Shown: positions 9,202 to 19,390 of the stretch, one piece after another
Position numbering within the stretch: position 1 is the first letter of the stretch
How the letters are laid out: the number at the start of each line of letters is the position of its first letter
NCBI GenBank assembly: GCA_963677485.1
Contig: OY781964.1
Location: 1,216,001 to 1,280,000, forward strand
Reading direction: 5' to 3'
Length of the DNA stretch: 64,000 bases
From: Armatimonadota bacterium
Lineage (GTDB): Bacteria; Armatimonadota; HRBIN16
Notes under the pieces: generated by a model
What the model was told of the DNA's origin: nothing
Databases searched by the model: none
The model's input: the letters and a program-made list of their open reading frames with translations, nothing else
Position numbers and translations under genes: made by a program

Positions 9202-10275
9202 TTACCCCTTCAGCTCCTGCACCTTCGCGGTTCCGTAGCGCAGGGTTTCGTCCAGCAGCGCTTCTAAGCTGGCCAGTGGGCAGTCGGGGGTAATCCCGTT
9301 ACCGGCGGTCATCATCAGCCGACCCTCTGGGCGCTGGTAGGTGTCGATCATAAACTGCACTTCCCGCCTGACATCCTCAGGGCTGCCCCAGGGGATGGTC
9401 TGCTGAACATCCATGCCCGCCAGGATGGTAATCTGGCTGCCAAACTTTTCGGCGATCTCCCGCTCATCCATCGTGTATTTCTGAATGGGGTGGATCACAT
9501 CAAGCCCAATTTTGATAAACTCAGGCATGAAAGGCGTCACACATCCGCAGGTGTGCAGCCAGAAGTGCATACCGAGCTCGTGAGCCTTGCCGATCATTTG
9601 AGCATAGTAAGGCTCAAAGAACTCCTTGAATACTTTGGGCGAAAAGAAGGTGGAGTTTTGGGTGCCCAGGTCATCGCTGACAAATAAACCGTCGCAATGG
9701 CCTTCAATCTTCAACCGCTCCAGAACACCGCAGTAATAGTCGGCCAAGGCTGCATACAACCGATGGGTCTCTTCGGGGTAGAAAGCGTAGTCGGTCAGGC
9801 AGTTCTCCATCCCACGAAGACTCCAATGGCGCTCAAACAAAGTGAACCACCAGTGCCCCAACCGGTAGCGTCCGTCATCGGCAGGAACACCGGCACTCAT
9901 CACCGCCGGTGAGCTGGCTTTGGGGAAGTTTTCGATCACTTCATCCAGCCGGTCCCAGTCGGGCATGGCGATGTGGCTATCGAGCGCGGCCGATTGCTGT
10001 GTCGTATCGGCGTCGTATGGCAGCCAGCGGTACGAAGGGTCCAAAGGGTGCCCTTCGATCCCGCCTGGCATCACGGCAGGCACCACAGTGATATCGCAAG
10101 GATATTTGGCCAGTAACGCAGCCGCTTCGGCCTCATGGGCGCCAAAAACAGAGGCACTCGTCCAGAAGTGATGAAGCATCGGCACGCGGGATGCAGTAAA
10201 CCGTCCCTCAATCACTGAGACCATCTCTTCGCGAGTTAACGGGCGGTAGTCTATGTGCTCATCTGCCAATGCCAT
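9202..10275 (-). CDS. Uroporphyrinogen decarboxylase/MtaA-like family protein
   Basis: LFERHWSLRGMEN, SDDLGTQ, HTCG, GMDVQ...GSPEDVRREV. Confidence 0.85.
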   Translation of the reverse strand: MALADEHIDYRPLTREEMVSVIEGRFTASRVPMLHHFWTSASVFGAHEAEAAALLAKYPCDITVVPAVMPGGIEGHPLDPSYRWLPYDADTTQQSAALDSHIAMPDWDRLDEVIENFPKASSPAVMSAGVPADDGRYRLGHWWFTLFERHWSLRGMENCLTDYAFYPEETHRLYAALADYYCGVLERLKIEGHCDGLFVSDDLGTQNSTFFSPKVFKEFFEPYYAQMIGKAHELGMHFWLHTCGCVTPFMPEFIKIGLDVIHPIQKYTMDEREIAEKFGSQITILAGMDVQQTIPWGSPEDVRREVQFMIDTYQRPEGRLMMTAGNGITPDCPLASLEALLDETLRYGTAKVQELKG

Positions 10276-10276
10276 T

Positions 10277-10828
10277 TTAGGTCCCCTGAAGTATGGATCG
10301 GTATGATTCGGACTTGGCGTCTCCGCAGCAGGCCAGTTTGACGCAGCTCAGACCCTGTCCATTGGCTGTCACAGCCTGCTTCAGTATCTCGGCGGCTTGC
10401 TCAATGCTCCAGTGAACCAGGCTGTCCGCCACATCCACTATCATCACGCTTTTCGCGCCTAGTTCCTTCGCTTTGTTGAGCGCGGCTGCCAGACCGTCCA
10501 GCACAGCCTGCGAACTGCTGAAGTTCATGCCATCAATTACATTCACATATAGGATGTTCTTCAACGGCAGCAGGCCACGACCTGCCACAGCGACCCCGCC
10601 CATGGGCAGCGGTGCTTGCAGACGCAGCGCATCTTCCACATCCTGACCGGCTTCATCACGCACCCACTTGGCAGCGCCTTTACCCAGCCAGCACATCGAA
10701 TTGCCCAGCACCACAAGCGCATCGGCTTTTGTGCGGTTCAAGTGGTGGTTGGTGTAGAGCTGCACGCGGATACTGTTCAGCGTGGTGCTCCATTTTGGGC
10801 GTGGATACCAGTCTTCAAAGGGGTTCAT
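10277..10828 (-). CDS. Macro domain-like protein (divergent)
   Basis: KADALVVLGNS...GKGAAKWVRDEAG...GGVAVAGRGLLPLKNILYV follows the macro fold pattern. Confidence 0.65.
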   Translation of the reverse strand: MNPFEDWYPRPKWSTTLNSIRVQLYTNHHLNRTKADALVVLGNSMCWLGKGAAKWVRDEAGQDVEDALRLQAPLPMGGVAVAGRGLLPLKNILYVNVIDGMNFSSSQAVLDGLAAALNKAKELGAKSVMIVDVADSLVHWSIEQAAEILKQAVTANGQGLSCVKLACCGDAKSESYRSILQGT

Positions 10829-10904
10829 GATCTGTCACCTGTGCTTGGTTACGGCCAGATGGCCGTGTATCTATCTATGCCCATTTTACCCTAATGCTCG
10901 CCGA

Positions 10905-11285
10905 GGTGTGGTTTCATGCCACGGGTACCCTACGGGCTGTGGGCGTGTAGGGATGGGTCTTGTGCCCATCCCGCCCGCAAGAGGGCGCAAGGACTCCCAA
11001 CGCCCGCCGGAACGCGGGCTGGTACTGATCAGCGATGGGTGACAGTGCCCGTACCGGGACGAAGTCACGGACGGGCCACGGAACCCGTTGCCAAGGACTA
11101 GTGGTTTGGGTCGCAGATGATCAGCCCATGCAACCGCGGGTTCAGAATCATTGATTCGCCCCCGCGCCCTGAAGGACGCGGCTTATTAGCCGAAAAGCCG
11201 GCTAGAAGCCGGCTGCGGTAACACAGGCGCCCAGACTGCTTCAACAGGCTTGATAATCAATAGCCGAGACATTGATGTCGCGGTA
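10905..11285. repeat. Composite palindromic intergenic repeat: GTAG REP, family D element and further hairpin modules
   Basis: gtagggatgggtcttgtgcccatcc (10947). The segment cgcccgccggaacgcgggc...ctgatcagcgatgggtga...gaacccgttgc (11001-11090) is near-identical to 52878-52968. Hairpins agccggctagaagccggct and ccgcgccctgaaggacgcgg. Confidence 0.8.
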
Positions 11286-11311
11286 ACACCTCATTTATCC
11301 TAAAATACAAC

Positions 11312-13333
11312 CTACACCGGAGGTCTGCCCAGGTCAGTCTGGGCTGAAGCTTCCAGAGCTCTCAAGCGAACCTTGATGGCCCAGTTGCCAGGCGCAGCCT
11401 CGTGGATTTTGCGCAAGGCCGATATGGCTGCCGCCGGGTTGCCGATCAAATTCACCGCCAACCGGTCCGCCACACGAGACCGCATGACGCCAAGGAAGTA
11501 TGGGATGCCAAACAGAGTGATACCTGCCACTATAATGAAAGGGATAGGCTCCAGGCTGGAAGGCAATAATAGAGTTACTACGGCAAAAAACGCAAAACCG
11601 ATTAGGTTTTGTGCGACCCTAATCCACTTGCGTTCTTCGTTGAGCAGACTCGCACTAGTCAGGAATTTTAACTCGTCATCGCTCAGTGTATCGAATGCTA
11701 ATCGCGATATGCTCATTTCATTTCCTATCAACAACACGGTGATCACGCGATAGGAATCTAAGCTGTTAACGAGCTTTATACTTGGACTGCGGATACCGCG
11801 CAGAGCGGCCAATGCAGTCAGATCGCATTGTAGTTTCGATAACCGTTCCTTGTAGTCATCAGCATAGGTTGGTATCAACCTTGGTAAAATCGCATTTTCC
11901 CGCTTCCTCAGCAACACGGTCACACCGATATTCGCCAAGAAAACTACCAACAACTCAATGATGAAGCCCGGTAATGACGAGTACAAAACTGACATGGGTA
12001 AATAAAACACCAGGGCCATCATCACTATAAAGTTACCGACCTCAATGAGCCAGTGCTGGGCACGCATCCGCTGCACTTCAGGATACGCGGCCAGACGGTC
12101 GGTGGCATCGAGCAATCTCGACCGGACCATGTTTTGCAGTATCCAGTAACCTGCGATGGGCACCAACAGACTGACAACCAACGGAACGGCCACTGCCCAC
12201 ACCACCAAACCGGGCCTAAACCACATCGCGTAGAGGCTCAGTTGGGCGTTGAGGGAGGCCATAAATGCCGCGATGATCAGCACGATGGCAGCCAGCATAG
12301 TACGGACATAGATACGGCCGGCCTCAGTCTTCCGCTCCTTGTCTGGCAACTCAGAAGTGCGTAATACTCGGCGGCTCACGATCACTACGAATAGTGGTGC
12401 GACCAACAGGCAGAGCAACGGCCAGTAGTCCGCGGTTGTCAGCTTGACCGACACCACCATATGGCCCAATTCGGGATGCCTGCTCAAATCGTAGATGTTG
12501 CTTCTTGGCGTCTGCTGGTCAGGATTCAGCGCGGGCAGCATCTTTGCCGATTTCGAGACCTTTACGATGCCGGGTTTCTCGATGCCTTGCTTCTGAAGCA
12601 TCTGCAGAATCTGCTCGAGGGGTAATGCCTCTCTGTAGCTCCTGAGCCCGAACCGCGTGCTGTTCTTGGTAATCATCGCCACGGTATAGTTATGATCCTG
12701 AATGACATAGGTGTGCCGTTCCATATCCTTGTTATACGGCAGCCGCATAAGATGGTCAAACAGCAGAGTCGGTTGTACTGACTTAGGGGCCACGACCCAT
12801 ATCTTAGATACCGCCGGCATAACCTGCACGAAGATGAAGTAGCGTCGATAGTTCGCAGCAGGGGTCGGAACCGCACTTGGCAGCAGACCTTGATGGTTGA
12901 GAGTTTTCAATTGAGCTGACTTAAGATATGGTCCGCTGATGAATATGGATCCCCTAACTCCGAATCCCGCTTTTGTATACGGGTCACCAAATCCCGGAAC
13001 AGTAGGCAAAGTGGGATCCGGAAGCCGAGGCATGGTACCCCCCGGAGACCGAGGTTGCATTGACATAGGTGGGTTCGATGTCAGTGACGGTGCCGGACCA
13101 ATTGGAGGATCTGGCCACATATCTGGAATTTCATATTTCTGCGGTGTCTTTGTTCCTAGCGGTGGCAGTTTGCGCTCCACAGGCCTATAGCTGCGGGCCG
13201 CATCAATGGAAGGAGCAGGGGGTGCCGGAAATGCTGGCTTGGTTTGGGTATCGGCTTGAAGACCTGGGCCCATCGAGCCGCACACAAACAAAGCTAATAC
13301 CACAAGCAACACAGGATTGGGTCTGGACATCAT
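11312..13333 (-). CDS. Multi-pass membrane protein with Pro-rich N-terminus and degenerate M48 (HtpX/Ste24-like) C-terminal domain
   Basis: Signal peptide, about 7 TM helices, LSDDELKFL, ADRLAVNLIGNPAAAISALRKI, RLRAL; no HExxH. Confidence 0.6.
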   Translation of the reverse strand: MMSRPNPVLLVVLALFVCGSMGPGLQADTQTKPAFPAPPAPSIDAARSYRPVERKLPPLGTKTPQKYEIPDMWPDPPIGPAPSLTSNPPMSMQPRSPGGTMPRLPDPTLPTVPGFGDPYTKAGFGVRGSIFISGPYLKSAQLKTLNHQGLLPSAVPTPAANYRRYFIFVQVMPAVSKIWVVAPKSVQPTLLFDHLMRLPYNKDMERHTYVIQDHNYTVAMITKNSTRFGLRSYREALPLEQILQMLQKQGIEKPGIVKVSKSAKMLPALNPDQQTPRSNIYDLSRHPELGHMVVSVKLTTADYWPLLCLLVAPLFVVIVSRRVLRTSELPDKERKTEAGRIYVRTMLAAIVLIIAAFMASLNAQLSLYAMWFRPGLVVWAVAVPLVVSLLVPIAGYWILQNMVRSRLLDATDRLAAYPEVQRMRAQHWLIEVGNFIVMMALVFYLPMSVLYSSLPGFIIELLVVFLANIGVTVLLRKRENAILPRLIPTYADDYKERLSKLQCDLTALAALRGIRSPSIKLVNSLDSYRVITVLLIGNEMSISRLAFDTLSDDELKFLTSASLLNEERKWIRVAQNLIGFAFFAVVTLLLPSSLEPIPFIIVAGITLFGIPYFLGVMRSRVADRLAVNLIGNPAAAISALRKIHEAAPGNWAIKVRLRALEASAQTDLGRPPV

Positions 13334-13499
13334 ATCTGCCTCCGATTACGATCTATACAACCATCGTTTCATTATACGGCAGCTTGTGTTTCGATTCCTT
13401 CCTGGTGTGACAGCATTTCAGCTCTTGTCCAAGATCTAGCCATGAAACATTATGTGATTCAGCTCGGGTTGGTTTTGGCCAGCCCGAGCATCATGTTGA

Positions 13500-14234
13500 T
13501 CAATCAGCAACGCTCAATCCGGCAAATTTGTTATAGATGGTTCGCGAATCGGTCCATCCCGTGATCCCTGTAGAAGACTTCACGAGATACTGACCATCAG
13601 TTCGTGTTTGCCCTTGTTGTCGAAACTGGGCAATCATGACTTTGCTTTTCGGCTTCAGTTGGATTATAGCCTTGCCACTTAGGTCAGGTGTTTTGTATAT
13701 CGAGACAGGCTCTCGAACAGTCGCGGCTTGGCCTACGGGGTACACCTTTTGTGGCACTAATCTCAGCTCACGATGTTTATTGTCCAGGACGTATTTATCT
13801 GTTTTTTCCCAAAAGCCCATCCAGTCACGGACATAGATATCGCCCTGCCCCTTGAATACAGGCCATCGCTGTAATATCCCCATCAGCTTTACGCCTTTGG
13901 TGTTGAATCCGTAAACCCAGTAAATGTCGTCTTCACTAGGACCTGGTGTGTGAACGGCGATTTCTTTGTACTTGTCCTTGGTATCGATATCAACTACCAT
14001 GAAACCATCAACTGGTTCTACTGTATTGCTCATGGCTTTGTGTCCGCTCACCGTCAGCGTGAATGTAGATTTCTTGTCATTGTATGCGAGGAGGATTTTT
14101 TCCTTAACTCCATCGCTATTCAGGTCGACAGTCGCTGTCTTCATGAACCGTGGGGCCGATGCCGAGGCCACCGTCGATAACATCATCATGACCGAAAGCA
14201 CAGATAGCGAAGCCATTTCGATATGCCTGTTCAT
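13500..14234 (-). CDS. Secreted hypothetical protein with DxNxDG-type motif and SH3b-like C-terminus
   Basis: RBS ggagg, signal peptide, VDLNSDGVKEKI, C-terminal YLVKSSTGITGW. Confidence 0.65.
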   Translation of the reverse strand: MNRHIEMASLSVLSVMMMLSTVASASAPRFMKTATVDLNSDGVKEKILLAYNDKKSTFTLTVSGHKAMSNTVEPVDGFMVVDIDTKDKYKEIAVHTPGPSEDDIYWVYGFNTKGVKLMGILQRWPVFKGQGDIYVRDWMGFWEKTDKYVLDNKHRELRLVPQKVYPVGQAATVREPVSIYKTPDLSGKAIIQLKPKSKVMIAQFRQQGQTRTDGQYLVKSSTGITGWTDSRTIYNKFAGLSVAD

Positions 14235-14341
14235 TTTCAAATTCCTCCCTGGAACGATGGCGAATCTCATGCCGTTTCAGCAGTCATGTAAACGAGTGCT
14301 GATAAGGCAGATTTAGTGTAGCAGGAGTTTAATGAGAATTC

Positions 14342-14403
14342 AACCACATAACCGTCATTATTTGAGACATTACAGCTATACACGGTTATGGTTTTTATGT
14401 CAA
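14342..14403 (-). promoter_or_regulatory. Sigma70-type promoter with overlapping inverted repeat
   Basis: Minus strand TTGACA-17 nt-TATAGC; inverted repeat cataaccgt / acggttatg overlaps it. Confidence 0.5.
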
Positions 14404-14708
14404 CCCCTTTCATCGTGAAAGAATCGCATAGGTATTGTGAAGAGGCTTATCCATCAACCGGTCTTTATGGTTGGGCAAAATCAGTTCGCTTGCCTCAAAG
14501 TCGTTCATCATCGGGAATATTCGCAATGTGGGTACCCCGTGAGATAATCAGGCAAATAGATCAAGCAGGATGAAATATCCAAGTTATCGTTTTGGTGCCA
14601 CTTTTGCCGGCTGGTTACAAGTATCTACCGGGCCATACTTGGTATCCTTCGAGGGCCGTGATATCATTAAATGGTGTTTCTGCCAAAATCTCACACGAGC
14701 GGAGTACT

Positions 14709-16670
14709 ATGTCGCACAGCCATACATCACCTGAACCACCGGTTGAGGGTAAAACACGCGGGATCACCTTCCGCGCGGTGTTACTTGGGTTCATACTCAT
14801 CCCTCCCATGTGTTGGTTCAACTTCAGTACTGAAGTAATACGCTACGCCGGACAACCCACTACTATCTCTTTGATGCCGCACGTGCTGGCTCTATTGTTA
14901 GCCATGATCGGGATCAACACACTGATCGGGCGCGTGGCGCCTAAGTGGAAGTTCAGCGTCGCAGAACTGATCACCACCTACTTCATCGTCGCGATGGGCC
15001 AGACAATGGCCTCGCACGACTTGATTGAAGTGATGACCCCCATCCTTAGCTACGCCGTGAAGTACCAAAATCCGGCGAACAAATGGGCCACGGATGTTCT
15101 GCCTTACTTGCCGCATTGGTTGTTTGTTTTTGACGCCAAGGCAATTGAGCACTACTACATCGGCAACTACAACTTCTGGCAACTCAAAGAGATGAAGATT
15201 TGGGCCCTCCCACTGTTCATGTGGAGTGTCTTTTTCACCGTTTTGGCGTTTGGCCTGTTTTGCTTGAATGCACTACTGCGCAAGCAGTGGACAGAGCGAG
15301 AGCGACTGAGCTACCCTCTGGTGCAGTTCACCCTGGAGATTGCACAGCCGCGAACCCCTATTTTCCGAAACAAGATGTTCTGGATTGCTTTCGGCATCGC
15401 CGCAATTCACGATATCTGGTTCGGACTGGCTTCGCTCTACCCCAGCATCCCTGTGCCTTATCAGCGTCTGACACAGCTTGAGACCTTCATCACCAGCCCT
15501 CCGTGGAACGCCATCGGTTATACCCCGCTGACTTTCTACCCATGGATTGTGGGTATCGGTGTACTGCTGCCAACAGACCTGCTGTTCTCCATGTGGTTCT
15601 TCTTCTGGATATGGAAGCTGGAACCCGTCATCGCGGCACAATACGGCTGGAACCAGATCCCTGGATTCCCGTTTGTGAACCAGCAGTCTGCAGGTGCCTA
15701 TGCTGCCATCGCAGTGTTTACCATCTACACAGCACGCAAGGCCCTGGGACGCGGCTTCAAGGCGATCTTTGTGGGTGCAGGTGACGAAGACAAGGGTGAG
15801 CCTCTGCCCTACCGCTGGGCGGCACTTGGCTTCATATTCGCGCTGGTCGCACTGTTTGTCTTTTTCAGGCTGGCCGGAATGAGCCCATGGGTCATCTGCG
15901 CCACACTGGGCATCTACCTGGTGATCTCTATCGCTGTCACCCGTATGCGCGCCGAACTTGGTGTGCCTGCTCACGACCTTCATGATAGCGGCCCGCAGCG
16001 GTTGATCCCACTGCTGGGTCTAGCGAACATGAAGAACTCGGATGTGGCCTTAATGGCCGCTTTGCAGGGCTTTAACCGAGCCTACCGCGCACACCCGATG
16101 CCAGTGGAAGCTGAAGCTATCCGAGGTGCCGAGCGCACCGGAGGAAGCATGCGTTCGATGTTCTGGATCATGGTTGTCACTGTGTTCTGGGCCTGCATCA
16201 CGGGCTTCTTCATCAATGTCGGTTTGAACTACCACTGGGGTGCCGCCTCTAAGGTGGACAGCCCATACGTCTCTACCATTTTCGGTTCAGAGCCGTATAA
16301 CATGATCAGCGGTTATAAGGCGAGTGCGGTAGGCTCTATTCGGAGCAGCAATGTGGTTAGCGCCATGTTGGTGGGCTTCCTGGTGACTATCGCGTTGTCG
16401 ATTACCCGTCTTCAGATCATCAACTTCCCACTGCACCCGGTGGGCTTTGCCATCAGCTCAAGCTGGTCAGGAAGTATGCTGTGGTTCTCACTGCTGGTAG
16501 CCTGGGTATGCAAGACCTCGCTGATGAAGGTGGGCGGGCTAAAGCTCTTCCAAAAGGCGATGCCCTTCTTCCTTGGGCTCACGCTGGGTGAGTGCGTGCT
16601 TGGCACGTTCTGGTACTTCATGAGTGCTTTTGTGACACACAGCAAAACATTCATCATGTGGCCCATGTAA
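14709..16670 (+). CDS. Large polytopic membrane protein, DUF6785/DUF6784 (putative peptide transporter) family
   Basis: GITFRAVLLG, LRKQWTERERLSYPL, RMRAELG, FPLHPVGF, PFFLGLTLGE motifs; many TM helices. Confidence 0.75.
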   Translation: MSHSHTSPEPPVEGKTRGITFRAVLLGFILIPPMCWFNFSTEVIRYAGQPTTISLMPHVLALLLAMIGINTLIGRVAPKWKFSVAELITTYFIVAMGQTMASHDLIEVMTPILSYAVKYQNPANKWATDVLPYLPHWLFVFDAKAIEHYYIGNYNFWQLKEMKIWALPLFMWSVFFTVLAFGLFCLNALLRKQWTERERLSYPLVQFTLEIAQPRTPIFRNKMFWIAFGIAAIHDIWFGLASLYPSIPVPYQRLTQLETFITSPPWNAIGYTPLTFYPWIVGIGVLLPTDLLFSMWFFFWIWKLEPVIAAQYGWNQIPGFPFVNQQSAGAYAAIAVFTIYTARKALGRGFKAIFVGAGDEDKGEPLPYRWAALGFIFALVALFVFFRLAGMSPWVICATLGIYLVISIAVTRMRAELGVPAHDLHDSGPQRLIPLLGLANMKNSDVALMAALQGFNRAYRAHPMPVEAEAIRGAERTGGSMRSMFWIMVVTVFWACITGFFINVGLNYHWGAASKVDSPYVSTIFGSEPYNMISGYKASAVGSIRSSNVVSAMLVGFLVTIALSITRLQIINFPLHPVGFAISSSWSGSMLWFSLLVAWVCKTSLMKVGGLKLFQKAMPFFLGLTLGECVLGTFWYFMSAFVTHSKTFIMWPM

Positions 16671-16696
16671 TCCGCAACACACGGCAGAAACAACCG

Positions 16697-16729
16697 AAGG
16701 CCTCTGGAGGTAACTCCAGAGGCCTTTTT
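16697..16729 (+). terminator. Rho-independent terminator
   Basis: aaggcctctggag / ctccagaggcctt stem followed by T-tract. Confidence 0.85.
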
Positions 16730-16871
16730 GTATGACCGAGGCGCGGATTACTGATAGATGTGCCGGGACTAGCACCCTATCATGTCAGGTAAAATGAGAA
16801 CAGAGCTGTGTGATATCTGCCCAGTGCAGTGCGAATTATCAGCTTGTATTTACAAGGACGTGGAGGAGACA

Positions 16872-17102
16872 ATGACTGTCTATTCAGGACCTTACCGACA
16901 ACATCGCGACGAAAGGCATCCGCTTGCCGCAGAAACCAGCAAGATATGCCCCTCTTGCCAGGCACATTCCACCGACCGTGATTACACCGTCACCTGCCCG
17001 GTATGTGGTGTTATTCATCACATTGACTGCTGGGTAGAACATGATGGCTGCATGGCGGAAGGATGCATACTGAAAGATATCACGCTAGACCACACACCAT
17101 AA
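16872..17102 (+). CDS. Stand-alone prokaryotic RING finger (Prok-RING_1-like) protein
   Basis: RBS ggagg; CPSC-x12-CPVC-x3-HHxDCW-x5-CxxxGC. Confidence 0.7.
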   Translation: MTVYSGPYRQHRDERHPLAAETSKICPSCQAHSTDRDYTVTCPVCGVIHHIDCWVEHDGCMAEGCILKDITLDHTP

Positions 17103-17130
17103 CCAGTGATCCGTGGTCGGGTCACACTAA

Positions 17131-17268
17131 AGACCGCCCCAGACGTTGGCGATTGCCACTGTCCGGGGCAGTCTGTGCGCAGGCTAGCGGTAGCCCAAGG
17201 CTCAAGACCGCGCCGGTCTGGCGGTTAGCCTGAAGCCACTTGTCCCGAAGACATCAAAACCGGCGAGG
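17131..17268 (-). repeat. Family A palindromic element, inverted copy plus half copy
   Basis: ttgccactgtccggggcagtctgtgcgcaggctagcgg...ctcaagaccgcgccggtctggcggttagcctgaagccacttgtcccga is the reverse complement of the 149-294 unit. Confidence 0.85.
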
Positions 17269-17286
17269 CTAAACAAGCCGAATCAC

Positions 17287-18402
17287 TTACAGCTTGTGCA
17301 TACGCTCCACGTAATACATCACGTTCTCGAACTTCGCATCTGGCGCAATGCGGTGGTCAGGGCAAGGGATGAAGCCACCCAAATCCATTAACGGCTTCAA
17401 CCGCTCGATCTCCGCATCGATAGCGGCCTTATCATGAGCGAACACCACTTTGTTCATGCCGCCGACACCGCGCACCTGCCGGCCGTATTTTTCGCGCCAC
17501 GGGGCGATGCTGGCGCTCCAGGTGCCCACTTCCATGGGGAACATGGTATTTACGCCGTTCTCAAGCCAGATCGGCACCAGTGCGTCAATGCAGCCGTCGC
17601 AGTCCAGGCTGACGATCTCCACTCCGTATGACTTCAGCAGGTCGGTAATGCGTTTGTAGTGCTTGCCCACGTATTCGCTGAACACGCTGGGGCGCACAAG
17701 CGGGCCGTTTTTAAAACAAATGTCTTCCCAGAAGTGCCCGAAGTCCGGTTTTGCCCCGGCTTCCATGCAGGCTTTGACACCTTGGTAGCAGAGGTTGCCC
17801 ACGGTGTCGATGATCTCTTCGTACAGCTCATCGTCATCGGCATACAGGAAGCTGATTCCCTGAACGCCCAGCCAGTTTCGAATCTGCCCGTAAAGGCTGC
17901 CACAGTAGATTCCGATAGGGTATTCGCGGGATTCCGGGTCAACGGAATAGGCTTCTACGGATGGCATATGGACGCGTTTAGTGACGTCCCATTCTAGCCG
18001 CCACTTGTATTCCTTCTCCCAGGCTTCGCGATCTTTCAGCGTGTGGTCGATCTCGGCAGGGATGCTGCCTGCGCCGGGCCTGTGCAGTTCGATCATGCCA
18101 TCCGGGTTCAGCATCGTGAAAGCCCCATCGGCTAGTTGGTCGACGACCCTGGGTTCAAAACCGGGGAGTAGACCGGTAGCAGGCCCGAAGGTGCTGTACC
18201 AATCAAAGTCCCATCCGATGATTTTGTCCAGCTTTTTATCAGCAGGACTGCCGTCATATACACCGTCGATATCGGACTGCTTGAGGTGACCTTCAGCCAC
18301 CCATTTCTGCAGGGTTTCGGTCCAGTATCCAAAATGAACGACGGGCATTCTGTCCGCGTTTTGGTAGTTCAGAATCGCCATGGCTCGTTGTCTGTGTGTC
18401 AT
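17287..18402 (-). CDS. Uroporphyrinogen decarboxylase-like family protein
   Basis: MTHRQRAMAILNYQNADRMP, WEDICFKNGPL, DCDG, GGFIPCPDH. Confidence 0.85.
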   Translation of the reverse strand: MTHRQRAMAILNYQNADRMPVVHFGYWTETLQKWVAEGHLKQSDIDGVYDGSPADKKLDKIIGWDFDWYSTFGPATGLLPGFEPRVVDQLADGAFTMLNPDGMIELHRPGAGSIPAEIDHTLKDREAWEKEYKWRLEWDVTKRVHMPSVEAYSVDPESREYPIGIYCGSLYGQIRNWLGVQGISFLYADDDELYEEIIDTVGNLCYQGVKACMEAGAKPDFGHFWEDICFKNGPLVRPSVFSEYVGKHYKRITDLLKSYGVEIVSLDCDGCIDALVPIWLENGVNTMFPMEVGTWSASIAPWREKYGRQVRGVGGMNKVVFAHDKAAIDAEIERLKPLMDLGGFIPCPDHRIAPDAKFENVMYYVERMHKL

Positions 18403-18680
18403 GATGTGCAAGAAACCTCGCATTAAATATCTATACGTCTATCTGTACCACAGGCCGGTATACAATGCACCCCCTGGAAGCAGTTGATGCATGGTATTAT
18501 GGTATGCCTTTATGTCACAATTGTGCCAAGCAAGCGCATTTTATGCCGTATCCTGCAAATAACCTCACATAGAGGATAAAACCCGCCGAAAAAGGCATCC
18601 TGCCGAGTTGTTGCGGGATTGACAAAACACCAGTGTTCGCGCACAATGGTTGCGAGGCCATACGGAGGAGTCACCGCATC

Positions 18681-19052
18681 ATGCCTTTCATATACCATAT
18701 ATACAAACTGTTGCTGATATGCATTTATGGAGCCATTGTTTACGCCTGCTACCATGACGGCAGCCTAGGTAAGGTCTATGGAAACATCATTGTGGTGCTG
18801 CTGCTGATCCCTGCTGTGTTAATATGGGTCGCCTCATGGTTTGTAGAACCGGAGAGGCGGTTGCACTTGAACATGGGCCATGGGGTGGTTCTGCTGGCTG
18901 CGATTGGTCTGCTGTTTCTGAGCATGCTGATCACTGGTGACCACTTCGATGCGATGACTCTCGGGGCCATCGCACCTTCCGCCCCCGTGCTTCTGGAAGC
19001 CTGGATTTCGTATGACTTTTTCAAAAACAGCGCGCATCGGCGATACCTGTAA
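18681..19052 (+). CDS. Hypothetical 4-TM membrane protein
   Basis: RBS ggagg before ATG; four hydrophobic segments. Confidence 0.55.
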   Translation: MPFIYHIYKLLLICIYGAIVYACYHDGSLGKVYGNIIVVLLLIPAVLIWVASWFVEPERRLHLNMGHGVVLLAAIGLLFLSMLITGDHFDAMTLGAIAPSAPVLLEAWISYDFFKNSAHRRYL

Positions 19053-19063
19053 TCCGGTGGTGA

Positions 19064-19390
19064 CTACAGCTTATACAGCTTCTGGCCTTTCGGGAAGAGT
19101 TCTATAGCCTCTTGACGTATCTGCCACTGCGACTCCGGTGACAGGCTGTTGTATTCGGTGATATGCACCGAGAGTGGCCCGGCAGCCTCATTCGCGGTCA
19201 TTTGCAGGTAGCCCAGTAAGTCTACGTCGATTTTGTTTGGTGACTCGATGGCGAGGAGCACAGGCTCGAAGCGGTCATATGATCCCCAGGCGCGGGCACC
19301 ATACAGATAAATACGGCAGCCACTCTCTGGCCCAAGCTCGTTGAAGATGGACTTTTGGATTTCGATTATCTGGGCAGTCTGATCAAACAT
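19064..19390 (-). CDS. Minimal nucleotidyltransferase (MNT)-fold protein, degenerate
   Basis: RIYLYGARAWG...LLAIE...VHITEYNSL...IRQEAIEL aligns with MNT pattern LFGSRARG..SDIDLA...IxxEGI. Confidence 0.55.
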   Translation of the reverse strand: MFDQTAQIIEIQKSIFNELGPESGCRIYLYGARAWGSYDRFEPVLLAIESPNKIDVDLLGYLQMTANEAAGPLSVHITEYNSLSPESQWQIRQEAIELFPKGQKLYKL

